Shown here: positions 1 through 7,327 of the stretch, in pieces
Numbering within the stretch: the first letter of the stretch is position 1
Layout of the letters: each line of letters opens with the position of its first letter
From: a virus
Length of the DNA: 43,901 bases
Reading direction: 5' to 3' (one strand)
IMG/VR virus record: IMGVR_UViG_3300045988_025911
Made by a program: the position numbers and the translations under genes
The notes under the pieces: model-generated
Told to the model about the DNA's origin: nothing
What the model saw: only the letters and a program-made list of their open reading frames with translations
Database searches by the model: none

Positions 1-68
1 ACTTTGGCGCGGAAGGAGAGATTCGAACTCTCGCTCGCTTTTTAGACGACTACTCCCTTAGCAGGGGA
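1..68. repeat. attL: left copy of the 68-bp direct repeat, a truncated 3-prime fragment of tRNA-Ser(GCU) on the minus strand
   Basis: Identical to 43834-43901. The reverse complement reads anticodon loop CTGCTAA, a long variable arm, T arm GAGAG-TTCGAAT-CTCTC, acceptor CTTCCGC-G-CCA (CCA ends at nt 5). Sequence from 69 onward is not tRNA-like, so this copy lacks the tRNA 5-prime half. Confidence 0.85.
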
Positions 69-103
69 TTTAAAACCATTGAAAACACTGCGGAAATTGC
101 AAA

Positions 104-128
104 TTGTAGCATATTTTGTAGCATACAG
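104..128. promoter_or_regulatory. Tandem TTGTAGCATA repeats, candidate integrase arm-type binding sites (left arm)
   Basis: TTGTAGCATA occurs at 104-113 and 116-125. The 12-mer TGTAGCATACAG (117-128) recurs exactly at 43700-43711 near the other att end. Confidence 0.4.
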
Positions 129-131
129 AAT

Positions 132-1238
132 TTACTTGTTTGTATCTTCTTGCAACAGATTCACGGCGTCGATCATGCCGCTCATATCCGGATGGACATA
201 TCGCTGCGTCGTCGTTATCTTTGTGTGCCGCATGATCTCCTTGATCGTAAATGGGTCAATGTTTTTGGATGCGAGGGCAGTTGCGGTCGTATGACGGCAG
301 GAATACGGTGGGAGTTTCTGCACATCGGCCAACTCTAAGCACTCATAGTATCGTTTGTAAAAGTTGTCTTTGTTTATGCAGCATACGTTCCCAATGCGTG
401 AGTCGCTTTCAGCGCACAAGGATTGAAGCAGCGGAGCGAGAAAATCTGGGAAAACCATCGGCGTCTCCTTGCGCTTTTTCGTTTTTATGCCGCCTTTGAC
501 AATCTCATTTTTATTAAAGTCGATCATGTCCTTTTTGAGCCGGAGCAGCTCGCCGGGCATCATTCCAGTATAAATCATTACCAGAACAAATCCAACGAAA
601 TGATCCTTTTCGTAAGCCGCCCATAGTTTCTTAATATCAGCATCGGAAAACGGCTCCGGGGACTTTTCTTCGAGGACGGGAAGCTTTATGTATTTCGCAA
701 GATTCACCGTGGTTTGCTTTTCGGCAATCGCAAGATTGTAGCAATGGGACACAACGGTTTTCATGTCCTTCCGCGTGTAATAGGTACTGGCGTTGTGGTC
801 GATCACATCTTGTATCTGCATAATTGTAAGACTATCAATTTCGCAGTCCGCGATCTCCGCCAACCGCTGAAATGCTTTGTCCGAAGCGCCCTGCCGGTCG
901 TTGGAAAGAGATAAGTAATCCCCTTTTTGGTATGTCTTGTAGTATTCACGGAGGGTGCAGCTTCGCTTGGACTCCTTGGGCGGGTTTGCAGCGTATTGCA
1001 GAGCCGCGCGCTTGGATGCAAAGCCGCCCTTCGTTTTCATCTTTTGCTGAAGCTTCCCGTTTTCGTCGATGTATGTTTTTTCAGTCCAACGGGCCGTCCA
1101 CGTTTTCCCTCGCTGGTATGCGTTTCCCTGCCCGTTCCCTCGCGTGCGGCTGCGCTGTACGATTTGCTTTTTCCCGCACCAGCAACAAAAAAGAGACCCA
1201 TCGGGGATCTCCATTTTGCATTTTACACATCGCTGCAT
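132..1238 (-). CDS. int: Tyrosine-type site-specific integrase with N-terminal zinc ribbon
   Basis: 368-aa ORF next to the att repeat. The C-terminal catalytic region (SCRHTTAT... and IMRHTKITTTQRYVH) fits the R..HxxR..Y signature of tyrosine recombinases. The N-terminus has CVKC...CCWC. Confidence 0.93.
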   Translation of the reverse strand: MQRCVKCKMEIPDGSLFCCWCGKKQIVQRSRTRGNGQGNAYQRGKTWTARWTEKTYIDENGKLQQKMKTKGGFASKRAALQYAANPPKESKRSCTLREYYKTYQKGDYLSLSNDRQGASDKAFQRLAEIADCEIDSLTIMQIQDVIDHNASTYYTRKDMKTVVSHCYNLAIAEKQTTVNLAKYIKLPVLEEKSPEPFSDADIKKLWAAYEKDHFVGFVLVMIYTGMMPGELLRLKKDMIDFNKNEIVKGGIKTKKRKETPMVFPDFLAPLLQSLCAESDSRIGNVCCINKDNFYKRYYECLELADVQKLPPYSCRHTTATALASKNIDPFTIKEIMRHTKITTTQRYVHPDMSGMIDAVNLLQEDTNK

Positions 1239-1290
1239 GGGTTACCTCCTTAAAAGTACCGCTCCGGCAGTGCGCCGGGGCGGCTATTTT

Positions 1291-1680
1291 TTATGCACGG
1301 AACCAACCGAGGTTGGGGCTCAGGATATCCACCACCAGAGCAAAAGCGCAAAGCGCGACGATGCCGAGCAGGGCAAGGGTGGTGATGCGGTGCATTTTCA
1401 GGGATTTTCGAAGCTGATCGCACTGGGTGCGGAGGCTTTTGTTTTCAAGGCGAAGCAGCTCGGAGACGGATTCCGGAGCGGGCGGCGAGATACCGAAGTA
1501 CGCGTTCATATCGATGCTGAGGGCATGACAGATCGGGCCGACGGTGTAGACAGAGGCGCTTTTTGATTCGCCGCGCAGGTACTGAGAAACCGTATTCAGG
1601 GCGAGGCCGGCACGGTCGGCGATGATCTGATTTGTGAGATGCGAAGCCTCCTTTGCTTCGCGGCAGAGCTGCCACAACAT
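1291..1680 (-). CDS. XRE-family HTH protein with C-terminal transmembrane anchor
   Basis: ATG at 1680; the longer ORF-track N-terminus looks non-coding. HTH-like segment SHLTNQIIADRAGLALNTVSQYLRG, a coiled segment, then hydrophobic helix ITTLALLGIVALCAFALVVDIL. Confidence 0.7.
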   Translation of the reverse strand: MLWQLCREAKEASHLTNQIIADRAGLALNTVSQYLRGESKSASVYTVGPICHALSIDMNAYFGISPPAPESVSELLRLENKSLRTQCDQLRKSLKMHRITTLALLGIVALCAFALVVDILSPNLGWFRA

Positions 1681-1810
1681 TTTTTCCAAGAAAATCACTC
1701 CAAAAAACCATGATTGGGGCGGGAAAAACCATGGGAAGGGCTGTACATAACCATTTGTGAAAGCGTATGGTTGAACTACAGGCGGCTCCCAATCGCTTGC
1801 AGAAACCAAA

Positions 1811-1842
1811 GCCCGTGCCAGCATCGGCACGCTGGCACGGGC
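1811..1842 (-). terminator. Intrinsic terminator for the minus-strand lysogeny operon
   Basis: Perfect 12-bp stem GCCCGTGCCAGC/GCTGGCACGGGC with an 8-nt loop. On the minus strand it is followed by TTTGGTTTCT. Confidence 0.65.
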
Positions 1843-1980
1843 AAAACCATCAAACATGATATTATCTTCTTTCCAAAGACGTTCCCGTTTCAGTATACCA
1901 CATATGCAAGCCAATAAATGGGACTTGTTCTGCAAATGGCTGTAGAATTTCAATATCCAGATTTTGTGCATTCTGTCGTG

Positions 1981-2009
1981 TTGACTTATTGAAACATAAG
2001 TTCTAATAT
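1981..2009 (+). promoter_or_regulatory. Sigma-70-like promoter TTGACT-17-TAATAT
   Basis: -35 TTGACT (1981-1986), 17-nt spacer, -10 TAATAT (2004-2009), about 40 nt upstream of the small ORF at 2048. Confidence 0.5.
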
Positions 2010-2047
2010 GTTGATACTGCCTCAAATAAAAGAAAGGAATTTGAAAA

Positions 2048-2164
2048 ATGGAAAAGACAAAAGAAAGGCTGGCCATGGAATCCGAGGCAGCAATGCTCAT
2101 CGGCAAACTAAGCGACGCACAGATCGTGGAGCTGCTTAAGAATATCAGTTCACATTCAAAATAA
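2048..2164 (+). CDS. Small hypothetical protein (38 aa)
   Basis: ATG preceded by AAAGGAA. Translation MEKTKERLAMESEAAMLIGKLSDAQIVELLKNISSHSK. Has its own promoter-like element. Too short for the ORF track. Confidence 0.3.
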   Translation: MEKTKERLAMESEAAMLIGKLSDAQIVELLKNISSHSK

Positions 2165-2209
2165 AAATAGCATTTTCATAAATCATTTGTGCAATTCGAC
2201 AGTATCTTG

Positions 2210-2218
2210 TGATATAAT
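2210..2218 (+). promoter_or_regulatory. Extended -10 promoter element TGaTATAAT
   Basis: TG at 2210-2211 and TATAAT at 2213-2218, about 40 nt upstream of the ATG at 2260. Confidence 0.4.
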
Positions 2219-2259
2219 GCTATATGAGAAGTACGCAAAACGGTTGAAAGGAGAAAAAG

Positions 2260-2397
2260 ATGATCGATTATTTAGTCGAAAACGGATGGGTAGACTCATT
2301 TATCCGAACTGCTGTCACCATCGGAATTTATCTCGGTTGGAAGACGATTTTGACTGGAATCTACAGATTCATCAAGAATAGACTTCATAAGAATTGA
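2260..2397 (+). CDS. 45-aa hydrophobic/basic peptide (small membrane peptide, type-I-toxin-like or exclusion-like)
   Basis: Strong SD AAAGGAG 6 nt before the ATG. MIDYLVENGWVDSFIRTAVTIGIYLGWKTILTGIYRFIKNRLHKN has one predicted membrane helix plus a basic tail. It converges on and overlaps the 3-prime 102 nt of the minus-strand ORF 2296-2694. Confidence 0.45.
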   Translation: MIDYLVENGWVDSFIRTAVTIGIYLGWKTILTGIYRFIKNRLHKN

Positions 2398-2694
2398 CAA
2401 GCGTATCGAGAAGTACACAATGAAGAGTGCTCCACATATTACACGCGACGGGTTATCGTGGTTTATGCCGATGAATACCCCCATCCCACCAGAATACGAA
2501 AATGCTACAAATAACATAACGTATTGCAGAATGGTACGAGTTTTTTCTTTATTTTGTCGCAAAACTTTAAGCCGTTTCCCGATTGCGCGAAATATCAAAG
2601 CGCAGATTCCGCTAATCGCTGCGATAAGCAGACCAGTTACGAGATCGCGCACGGAAACATAGTTTTCAATAAACTGTGCAATGCAATCCTTCAT
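2296..2694 (-). CDS. Multi-pass membrane protein (possible superinfection exclusion/immunity cargo)
   Basis: ATG at 2694 with GGAG 7 nt upstream. 132 aa with three hydrophobic segments (LVTGLLIAAISGICALIF, YVMLFVAFSYSGGMGVFI, VICGALFIVYFSIRLSIL). The hydrophilic tail overlaps the convergent small ORF. Confidence 0.55.
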   Translation of the reverse strand: MKDCIAQFIENYVSVRDLVTGLLIAAISGICALIFRAIGKRLKVLRQNKEKTRTILQYVMLFVAFSYSGGMGVFIGINHDNPSRVICGALFIVYFSIRLSILMKSILDESVDSSQNRLPTEINSDGDSSSDK

Positions 2695-2808
2695 GTCTAT
2701 TCTCCAAGCATAGCTTTCATGCGAAAGCCGAGACCATATATTAGTCAAATCAACGCTGGAATTATGAGCGCACAAACGGATTTCGCGCCGGAATGCGTGA
2801 AAATCAAA

Positions 2809-3015
2809 TTACGAATCCATGTTGATGTATTGGAGCAGTTCAATGACTGCTTTGTCTGATGCTCCATATTCTCGTATCACGCGGCTGCGGTCTGTGTACT
2901 CGATTAGAAAGCAGTAAATGGTGCTGTTGTATGTTGCAAGAACCTTTGTTTCCTCGGCAGTTCTAACTCCGAGACACTTAACACGCTGAATCTGTTTTTT
3001 CTGGAATAGTGGCAT
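2809..3015 (-). CDS. Hypothetical protein (68 aa) downstream of the repressor
   Basis: ATG at 3015 with GGAGG 8 nt upstream. Same strand as and 27 nt after the CI-like gene. No recognisable domain. Confidence 0.6.
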   Translation of the reverse strand: MPLFQKKQIQRVKCLGVRTAEETKVLATYNSTIYCFLIEYTDRSRVIREYGASDKAVIELLQYINMDS

Positions 3016-3042
3016 AAGAATACCTCCAAATCAGTTTTAGTT

Positions 3043-3411
3043 TCACTTCCCAAGCATAACCTTCATAGCGGCGATGAATTTTCTAAGTTCGTCGTCGCTC
3101 ATTTTACTGGACAGTTCGATCAATTCAAGCTGGCCCATACTGAGTTCGCTCTTTTCCGGAGCGGGCTCTTTTTTTATGCCCGCAGACGGATCATTGGTTT
3201 CACCATTGAGCCATTCAACGGGAACGTTGTATTTAGCTGAAACGACGTACAGGTAATTCCTGTACGACTTTGTTTTCCCGGCCTCCCACTCAGAAACAAT
3301 GTTTGTCGGCGCGCCTATGGCTTCACAAAATTCCTTTTTCGCTCCGTGGACATATTTACCATTCTCTTTTTTGGGGATGAGAGAAAGCATCCGTTCCAGC
3401 ATAATATCCAT
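3043..3411 (-). CDS. CI-like phage repressor (XRE-family HTH)
   Basis: HTH-like segment KKEFCEAIGAPTNIVSEWEAGKTKSYRNYLYVVSAKYNVPVEWL plus a C-terminal dimerisation-like tail. Divergent from the Cro-like gene. First ATG at 3411; the ORF-track start at 3435 is TTG. Confidence 0.85.
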   Translation of the reverse strand: MDIMLERMLSLIPKKENGKYVHGAKKEFCEAIGAPTNIVSEWEAGKTKSYRNYLYVVSAKYNVPVEWLNGETNDPSAGIKKEPAPEKSELSMGQLELIELSSKMSDDELRKFIAAMKVMLGK

Positions 3412-3468
3412 ACTATCACCACGTGAATTGTGCAACTCTACGAAAACTAGAAAATTCTAATTTTATTG

Positions 3469-3497
3469 TTGCATTGCTAGAATTTATGAGTTATTAT
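3469..3497 (+). promoter_or_regulatory. Early rightward promoter TTGCAT-17-TATTAT with CTAGAA half-sites
   Basis: -35 at 3469-3474 and -10 at 3492-3497. CTAGAA repeats at 3447-3452 and 3477-3482 (30 bp apart). TAGAAAATTCTA (3448-3459) is a near-palindrome. Confidence 0.5.
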
Positions 3498-3649
3498 ATA
3501 ACTGTACCCAAGAGGTACAGAAAAGACAGCCGCTCCGAAAACGGCGAGATTATGTGTCCTGAACAAACCCATAATATCACCGCTTTCGGGCGCTGTCAAT
3601 AATAACTACTCATATTTATGAGGTATTAGGGGGGAGTGCCACGAGAAAC

Positions 3650-3844
3650 TTGAAAGAACTTCGCCTGAACGCCGGGTTGACGCAGGAAGCCGTTGCAAGG
3701 CGGTGTAATGTCAGTCAGGTTGCAGTACACAAGTGGGAGACCGGTAACGCAGGCATCGCAAGAAAGCACCACAAAAAACTTGCGAAACTTTATGGATGCT
3801 CGGTTGAAGATTTAGTTGCCGGGCAATCACTTGGAAAGGAATGA
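3650..3844 (+). CDS. Cro-like XRE-family HTH regulator
   Basis: 64 aa; LKELRLNAGLTQEAVARRCNVSQVAVHKWETG is a classic HTH_3 pattern. TTG start with GGGGGGAG 13 nt upstream. Divergent from the CI-like gene. Confidence 0.8.
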   Translation: MKELRLNAGLTQEAVARRCNVSQVAVHKWETGNAGIARKHHKKLAKLYGCSVEDLVAGQSLGKE

Positions 3845-4149
3845 AAACATGGATAACACAAAAGGCTTTAAGGCGTTCACACCGGGGCTTGTGTGTGAAG
3901 GAAAGCAATACGCCGAGAACACAGACCATGACGCAGGCTGAAAAGGTGCTCCGACACCTGAAAGCAGTCGGGAAGATTACGCCGATGGATGCCATTCGGG
4001 AATACGGTTGTCTCAGGCTGGGCGCTAGAATATGCGACCTTCGCCGTGCCGGATACCCTATCAGGAGCCGAATCGTAACCGGCGAAAACCGTTTTGGCGA
4101 ACCGACGCATTATGCTGAATACAGTTTGGAGGCCGACGATGGAGATTGA
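3841..4149 (+). CDS. Winged-helix/HTH DNA-binding protein
   Basis: Conserved-looking core MTQAEKVLRHLKAVGKITPMDAIREYGCLRLGARICDLRRAGYPIRSRIV starts at the internal ATG 3928. The upstream ATG 3841 overlaps the cro-like stop (ATGA). Start is uncertain. Confidence 0.7.
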   Translation: MKTWITQKALRRSHRGLCVKESNTPRTQTMTQAEKVLRHLKAVGKITPMDAIREYGCLRLGARICDLRRAGYPIRSRIVTGENRFGEPTHYAEYSLEADDGD

Positions 4150-4369
4150 TTATTCCAAAGACCCGCAGCAGGCAAGATGCGCGTATGACATCTTCGGCGT
4201 AGAGATTTACCCCGGAGAGGATTACTGGCAAGGCGACGAGGGAATCATGGCAGACCCCGGCACGGGGAACTACGATCCAGACAATCAAATCGTCGCCTTG
4301 CTAGTACAGCAACTCGGGACACGGCACATTTTGGAGGCGCTTGGATATGGCCGGAAAACTCTCGAATGA
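4139..4369 (+). CDS. Hypothetical protein (76 aa)
   Basis: GGAGG 6 nt upstream of ATG 4139. Overlaps the upstream stop codon. No recognisable domain. Confidence 0.55.
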   Translation: MEIDYSKDPQQARCAYDIFGVEIYPGEDYWQGDEGIMADPGTGNYDPDNQIVALLVQQLGTRHILEALGYGRKTLE

Positions 4370-4580
4370 CTATGTTTACATCCCCGTGGAGACGAGAGTA
4401 AGCGTTTTTTTCGAGAAGGACCATATCTGCTGCCAATATTGCCCATTTTTTGAAACTTATTCGAGAAAACAATGCAGACTGACCGGGGAATACATCGTTC
4501 ACGAATTTGGCAGAGGTTATTACTGCCGCTTGGAATTGGAGGGAAATAATGAAACAGTTTCGGACACTGAAACCGGATGA
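4347..4580 (+). CDS. Small Cys-rich hypothetical protein
   Basis: GGAGG 10 nt upstream of ATG 4347. Contains CCQYCP...C...YYC. Lies upstream of the annealase gene. Confidence 0.6.
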   Translation: MAGKLSNDYVYIPVETRVSVFFEKDHICCQYCPFFETYSRKQCRLTGEYIVHEFGRGYYCRLELEGNNETVSDTETG

Positions 4581-5283
4581 AATCGAATGCCGAGTTGCGC
4601 AGTGCAACGAAAAAGGAGCATCCATCCTGCTCTACAAGACGGCTCGAACGGATGCGGATCTCCTTGACGAGACCGTAGGAACGCAGAATTGGGAAAACGA
4701 CTTCAAGCTTGTCGATGGAGTTCTATATGGCGGGATCGGCGTTGACTATTTCAGCAACGGACACCTCGTATGGAAGTGGGACGCTGGCGTTGAAAGCAAC
4801 ACGGAGGCTGAGAAAGGCCGTGCATCCGACGCATTCAAACGTGCTGGTTTCAAACACGGCATTGGCAGAGAACTTTATTCTGCCCCGTTTATCTGGATAG
4901 GCGCTGAGAACTGTTCTCGGCTCGTCAAAAACGAGCGAACCGGGAAATGGCAGTGCTCTGACCATTTCGACGTCTCGGAGATTACATACGACGAAGCGGA
5001 ACGCATCAAAACACTGACGATCACGTCCAAGGGCCGAACGGTTTACACGTTCGGGAATACGACGCAGAATCCCGCGCCGAAACCAGCGGCGCAGCAACCG
5101 AAAAAACAGGAGCGCCAGCCGGGATTCAAATGCGCTGACTGCGGCAAGCCTGTTGAGCCGTCCGTTTTCAATGGCAAAAGCTATTCGGCATGGGCCATCG
5201 CAGAGAACACGACGAAGAAATATGGGCGTTGCCTCTGCTGGGATTGCTACATGAAGCTTGTGCAGGGCATAGGCAATGACTGA
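4549..5283 (+). CDS. Rad52/Sak-like single-strand annealing protein with C-terminal zinc ribbon
   Basis: GGAGGG RBS. The N-terminus FRTLKPDEIECRV and the segment EAEKGRASDAFKRAGFKHGIGRELY resemble Rad52-type phage annealases. The C-terminus has CADCG...CLCWDC. Confidence 0.75.
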   Translation: MKQFRTLKPDEIECRVAQCNEKGASILLYKTARTDADLLDETVGTQNWENDFKLVDGVLYGGIGVDYFSNGHLVWKWDAGVESNTEAEKGRASDAFKRAGFKHGIGRELYSAPFIWIGAENCSRLVKNERTGKWQCSDHFDVSEITYDEAERIKTLTITSKGRTVYTFGNTTQNPAPKPAAQQPKKQERQPGFKCADCGKPVEPSVFNGKSYSAWAIAENTTKKYGRCLCWDCYMKLVQGIGND

Positions 5284-5839
5284 GATCACATTTACCGCCG
5301 CCGATTGGTCGCTGGACTCCGCCGGGACATGGCTTCGCATCCGCGCGGACGTCCCCGCGAAAGCACAAATGTTTCTGTCAACGATGATTCCCGGCAAGAA
5401 GTACGTTGCGGAGATCAAGGAGTTCCGCAAGAAGCGTAGTCTTGATTCAAACAACTACTTCTGGCAGCTCTGCGATCAGATCGCGGACAAGCTCGGACGG
5501 ACGAAAGAAGACATATACATCGACTATATCAAGGCGGTCGGCGTATTTAAGGACTTCCACCTCACAAGAGAGGACGCACCGACGTTCCGGACGGCGTGGT
5601 CTATGCTTGGAACTGGCTGGCCAACGGAAGAGGTTGATTATCAGCAGGACGGTGACGGCGTTGTTGTCAGAGCTTATTACGGCTCTTCGACGTACAACAG
5701 CAAGCAAATGTGCCGCATTATCGATATGGCGGTGCAGGATGCGAAAAGCCTCGGAATCGAGACCTTGACGCCTGACGAGCTGGCTCGGATGAACATTGAA
5801 TGGGGTGAGAGAGCTGCACAAACAGACAAAGGCAACTAG
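5276..5839 (+). CDS. NinB/Orf-like recombination mediator
   Basis: KKRSLDSNNYFWQLCDQIADKLG and SSTYNSKQMCRIIDMAVQDAKSLGIE...EW parallel the RSLDQN...W and ST..M... motifs of lambda NinB. Located between the annealase and SSB genes. Confidence 0.55.
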   Translation: MTEITFTAADWSLDSAGTWLRIRADVPAKAQMFLSTMIPGKKYVAEIKEFRKKRSLDSNNYFWQLCDQIADKLGRTKEDIYIDYIKAVGVFKDFHLTREDAPTFRTAWSMLGTGWPTEEVDYQQDGDGVVVRAYYGSSTYNSKQMCRIIDMAVQDAKSLGIETLTPDELARMNIEWGERAAQTDKGN

Positions 5840-6122
5840 TATCCCAGCCTCTGTAAAAGAGGCCGTTATGGAGCGTGACGGCGGCTACTGCATCGTTTGT
5901 GGCAGACCGGGAAGCCCGTGGTGCCACTACATACCGCGCTCACACGGCGGGCTTGGAATCGCCGAGAACATCATAACGCTGTGCGACATATGTCACACCA
6001 GATACGACCAATCAGCAGACCGCGCGGCGCTCAAAGAGGTACTGGCGAATTATCTGAGAAGCAAATATCCCGGATGGGACGAAACAAACCTTGTATACAG
6101 GAAAGGAATTTGGAATGCTTAA
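5796..6122 (+). CDS. HNH endonuclease
   Basis: ERDGGYCIVCG...HYIPRSHGG...NIITLCDICH is a typical HNH/zinc-finger pattern. Start is uncertain: TTG 5796, GTG 5805, or ATG 5868 with an AAGAGG RBS. Confidence 0.75.
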   Translation: MNGVRELHKQTKATSIPASVKEAVMERDGGYCIVCGRPGSPWCHYIPRSHGGLGIAENIITLCDICHTRYDQSADRAALKEVLANYLRSKYPGWDETNLVYRKGIWNA

Positions 6123-6513
6123 CACAATTACGATCATGGGCCGCATGACCCGAGACCCGGAGCTTCGCCGCACTGAAAGCGGCATTGCCGTTGCATCTTT
6201 CGCCGTTGCCTGTGCGCGCGACTACGCGCCGCAGGGCGGGGAGAAAGAGACAGATTTCATTGATGTTGTCTGCTGGCGAAGCACCGCTGAATTCGCCGAG
6301 AAATACTTCACGAAGGGCCGCATGGCCGTAGTTACTGGCCGCTTGCAGATTCGCGGCTGGACGGACAAGGAGGGAAACAAACGCCGTAGCGCTGAAATTC
6401 TCGCGGATCACGTTTATTTTGGCGACTCCAAGCGCGACGGAGATTCGCAGGCACCCAAGAGCGATTTCACGGAGATTGCTAACGACGAAGAAGATGGGAA
6501 CCTCCCGTTCTGA
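6115..6513 (+). CDS. ssb: Single-stranded DNA-binding protein
   Basis: MLNTITIMGRMTRDPELRRT... is an OB-fold SSB pattern, with an acidic C-terminal tip DEEDGNLPF. AGGAAAGGA RBS. Confidence 0.92.
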   Translation: MLNTITIMGRMTRDPELRRTESGIAVASFAVACARDYAPQGGEKETDFIDVVCWRSTAEFAEKYFTKGRMAVVTGRLQIRGWTDKEGNKRRSAEILADHVYFGDSKRDGDSQAPKSDFTEIANDEEDGNLPF

Positions 6514-6523
6514 GGAATGAAAA

Positions 6524-7327
6524 ATGCCGAACAGAATCATTAGAGAAAGCGTCTGTACGAGCGAAAGCGTTGACAAGCTTTCATGGTTTGAAGAAGTTCT
6601 GTTTTATCGGCTGATTGTAAACTGCGATGATTTCGGGCGCTTCGATGGGAGAGCGGCGGTCGTGAAAAACCGCCTATTCCCGCTAAAGGAAAATCTCACG
6701 CTGAAAACGGTGGAAACTGCCCTTCATGGATTGGCGAACGCTGGATTGATTACCCTGTATGTGTTTGAGGGTAAGCGCTTCCTTTGTTTACCAACATGGG
6801 GCAAGTACCAGACACAGCGCGCGAAAGTTAGCAAGTATCCAGCACCTGAAAGCAGTTCGCAAGCGGATGCAAGCATATGCAAGCAAATGATTTCAAATGT
6901 TCCCGTATTCGAGAATCGAGAATCGAATTCGATATTCGCTATTCGAGATGCGGAAGGTAGCACGGAGCCGCAAGCGGCATCCGCGCCGCCAGCAATCGCT
7001 CTCCCCCTGAATGACGGAACGGAATATCCCGTTTCCGTGGAGCAATGCCAAGAATGGGCGGGATTGTACCCTGCTGTAGACGTGATACAGCAGCTTCGGG
7101 GCATGAAAGGCTGGCTTGACGCAAATCCGGACAGGAGAAAGACAAAACGCGGGATAAACTCGTTTATCGTCCGTTGGCTTGCAAAAGAACAGGACAAAGG
7201 CGGCAACGCGAAGGGTTCAGTTTCTGTAAGAAGAAATTCAACATACGTTGAGCACGGCGGTGAAATGGGGGACTTTGAACGCCGTGCCATGCAAAAAATG
7301 ATGGAAAGAGGGATACCGGATGGTTAG
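6524..7327 (+). CDS. Phage replication initiation/replisome-organiser-like protein
   Basis: The N-terminal winged-helix-like region (LSWFEEVLFYRLIVNCDDFGRFDG...GLITLY...W) resembles phage DnaD/replisome-organiser N-domains. Follows ssb. Confidence 0.65.
   Translation: MPNRIIRESVCTSESVDKLSWFEEVLFYRLIVNCDDFGRFDGRAAVVKNRLFPLKENLTLKTVETALHGLANAGLITLYVFEGKRFLCLPTWGKYQTQRAKVSKYPAPESSSQADASICKQMISNVPVFENRESNSIFAIRDAEGSTEPQAASAPPAIALPLNDGTEYPVSVEQCQEWAGLYPAVDVIQQLRGMKGWLDANPDRRKTKRGINSFIVRWLAKEQDKGGNAKGSVSVRRNSTYVEHGGEMGDFERRAMQKMMERGIPDG

Noticed and set aside
1681-2106. N-terminal 142 codons of the 271-aa minus-strand track ORF.
   Set aside because: The sequence is not protein-like, crosses a perfect terminator hairpin (1811-1842) and a + strand promoter. 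The HTH domain begins right after the ATG at 1680.
3849-3941. A 30-codon ORF MDNTKGFKAFTPGLVCEGKQYAENTDHDAG resembles the N-terminus of a longer phage protein family (KAF..L.C.G.QY start). It could be a gene remnant.
   Set aside because: It ends after 30 codons, overlaps the 5-prime extension of the winged-helix gene, and my family recollection cannot be verified without a search.
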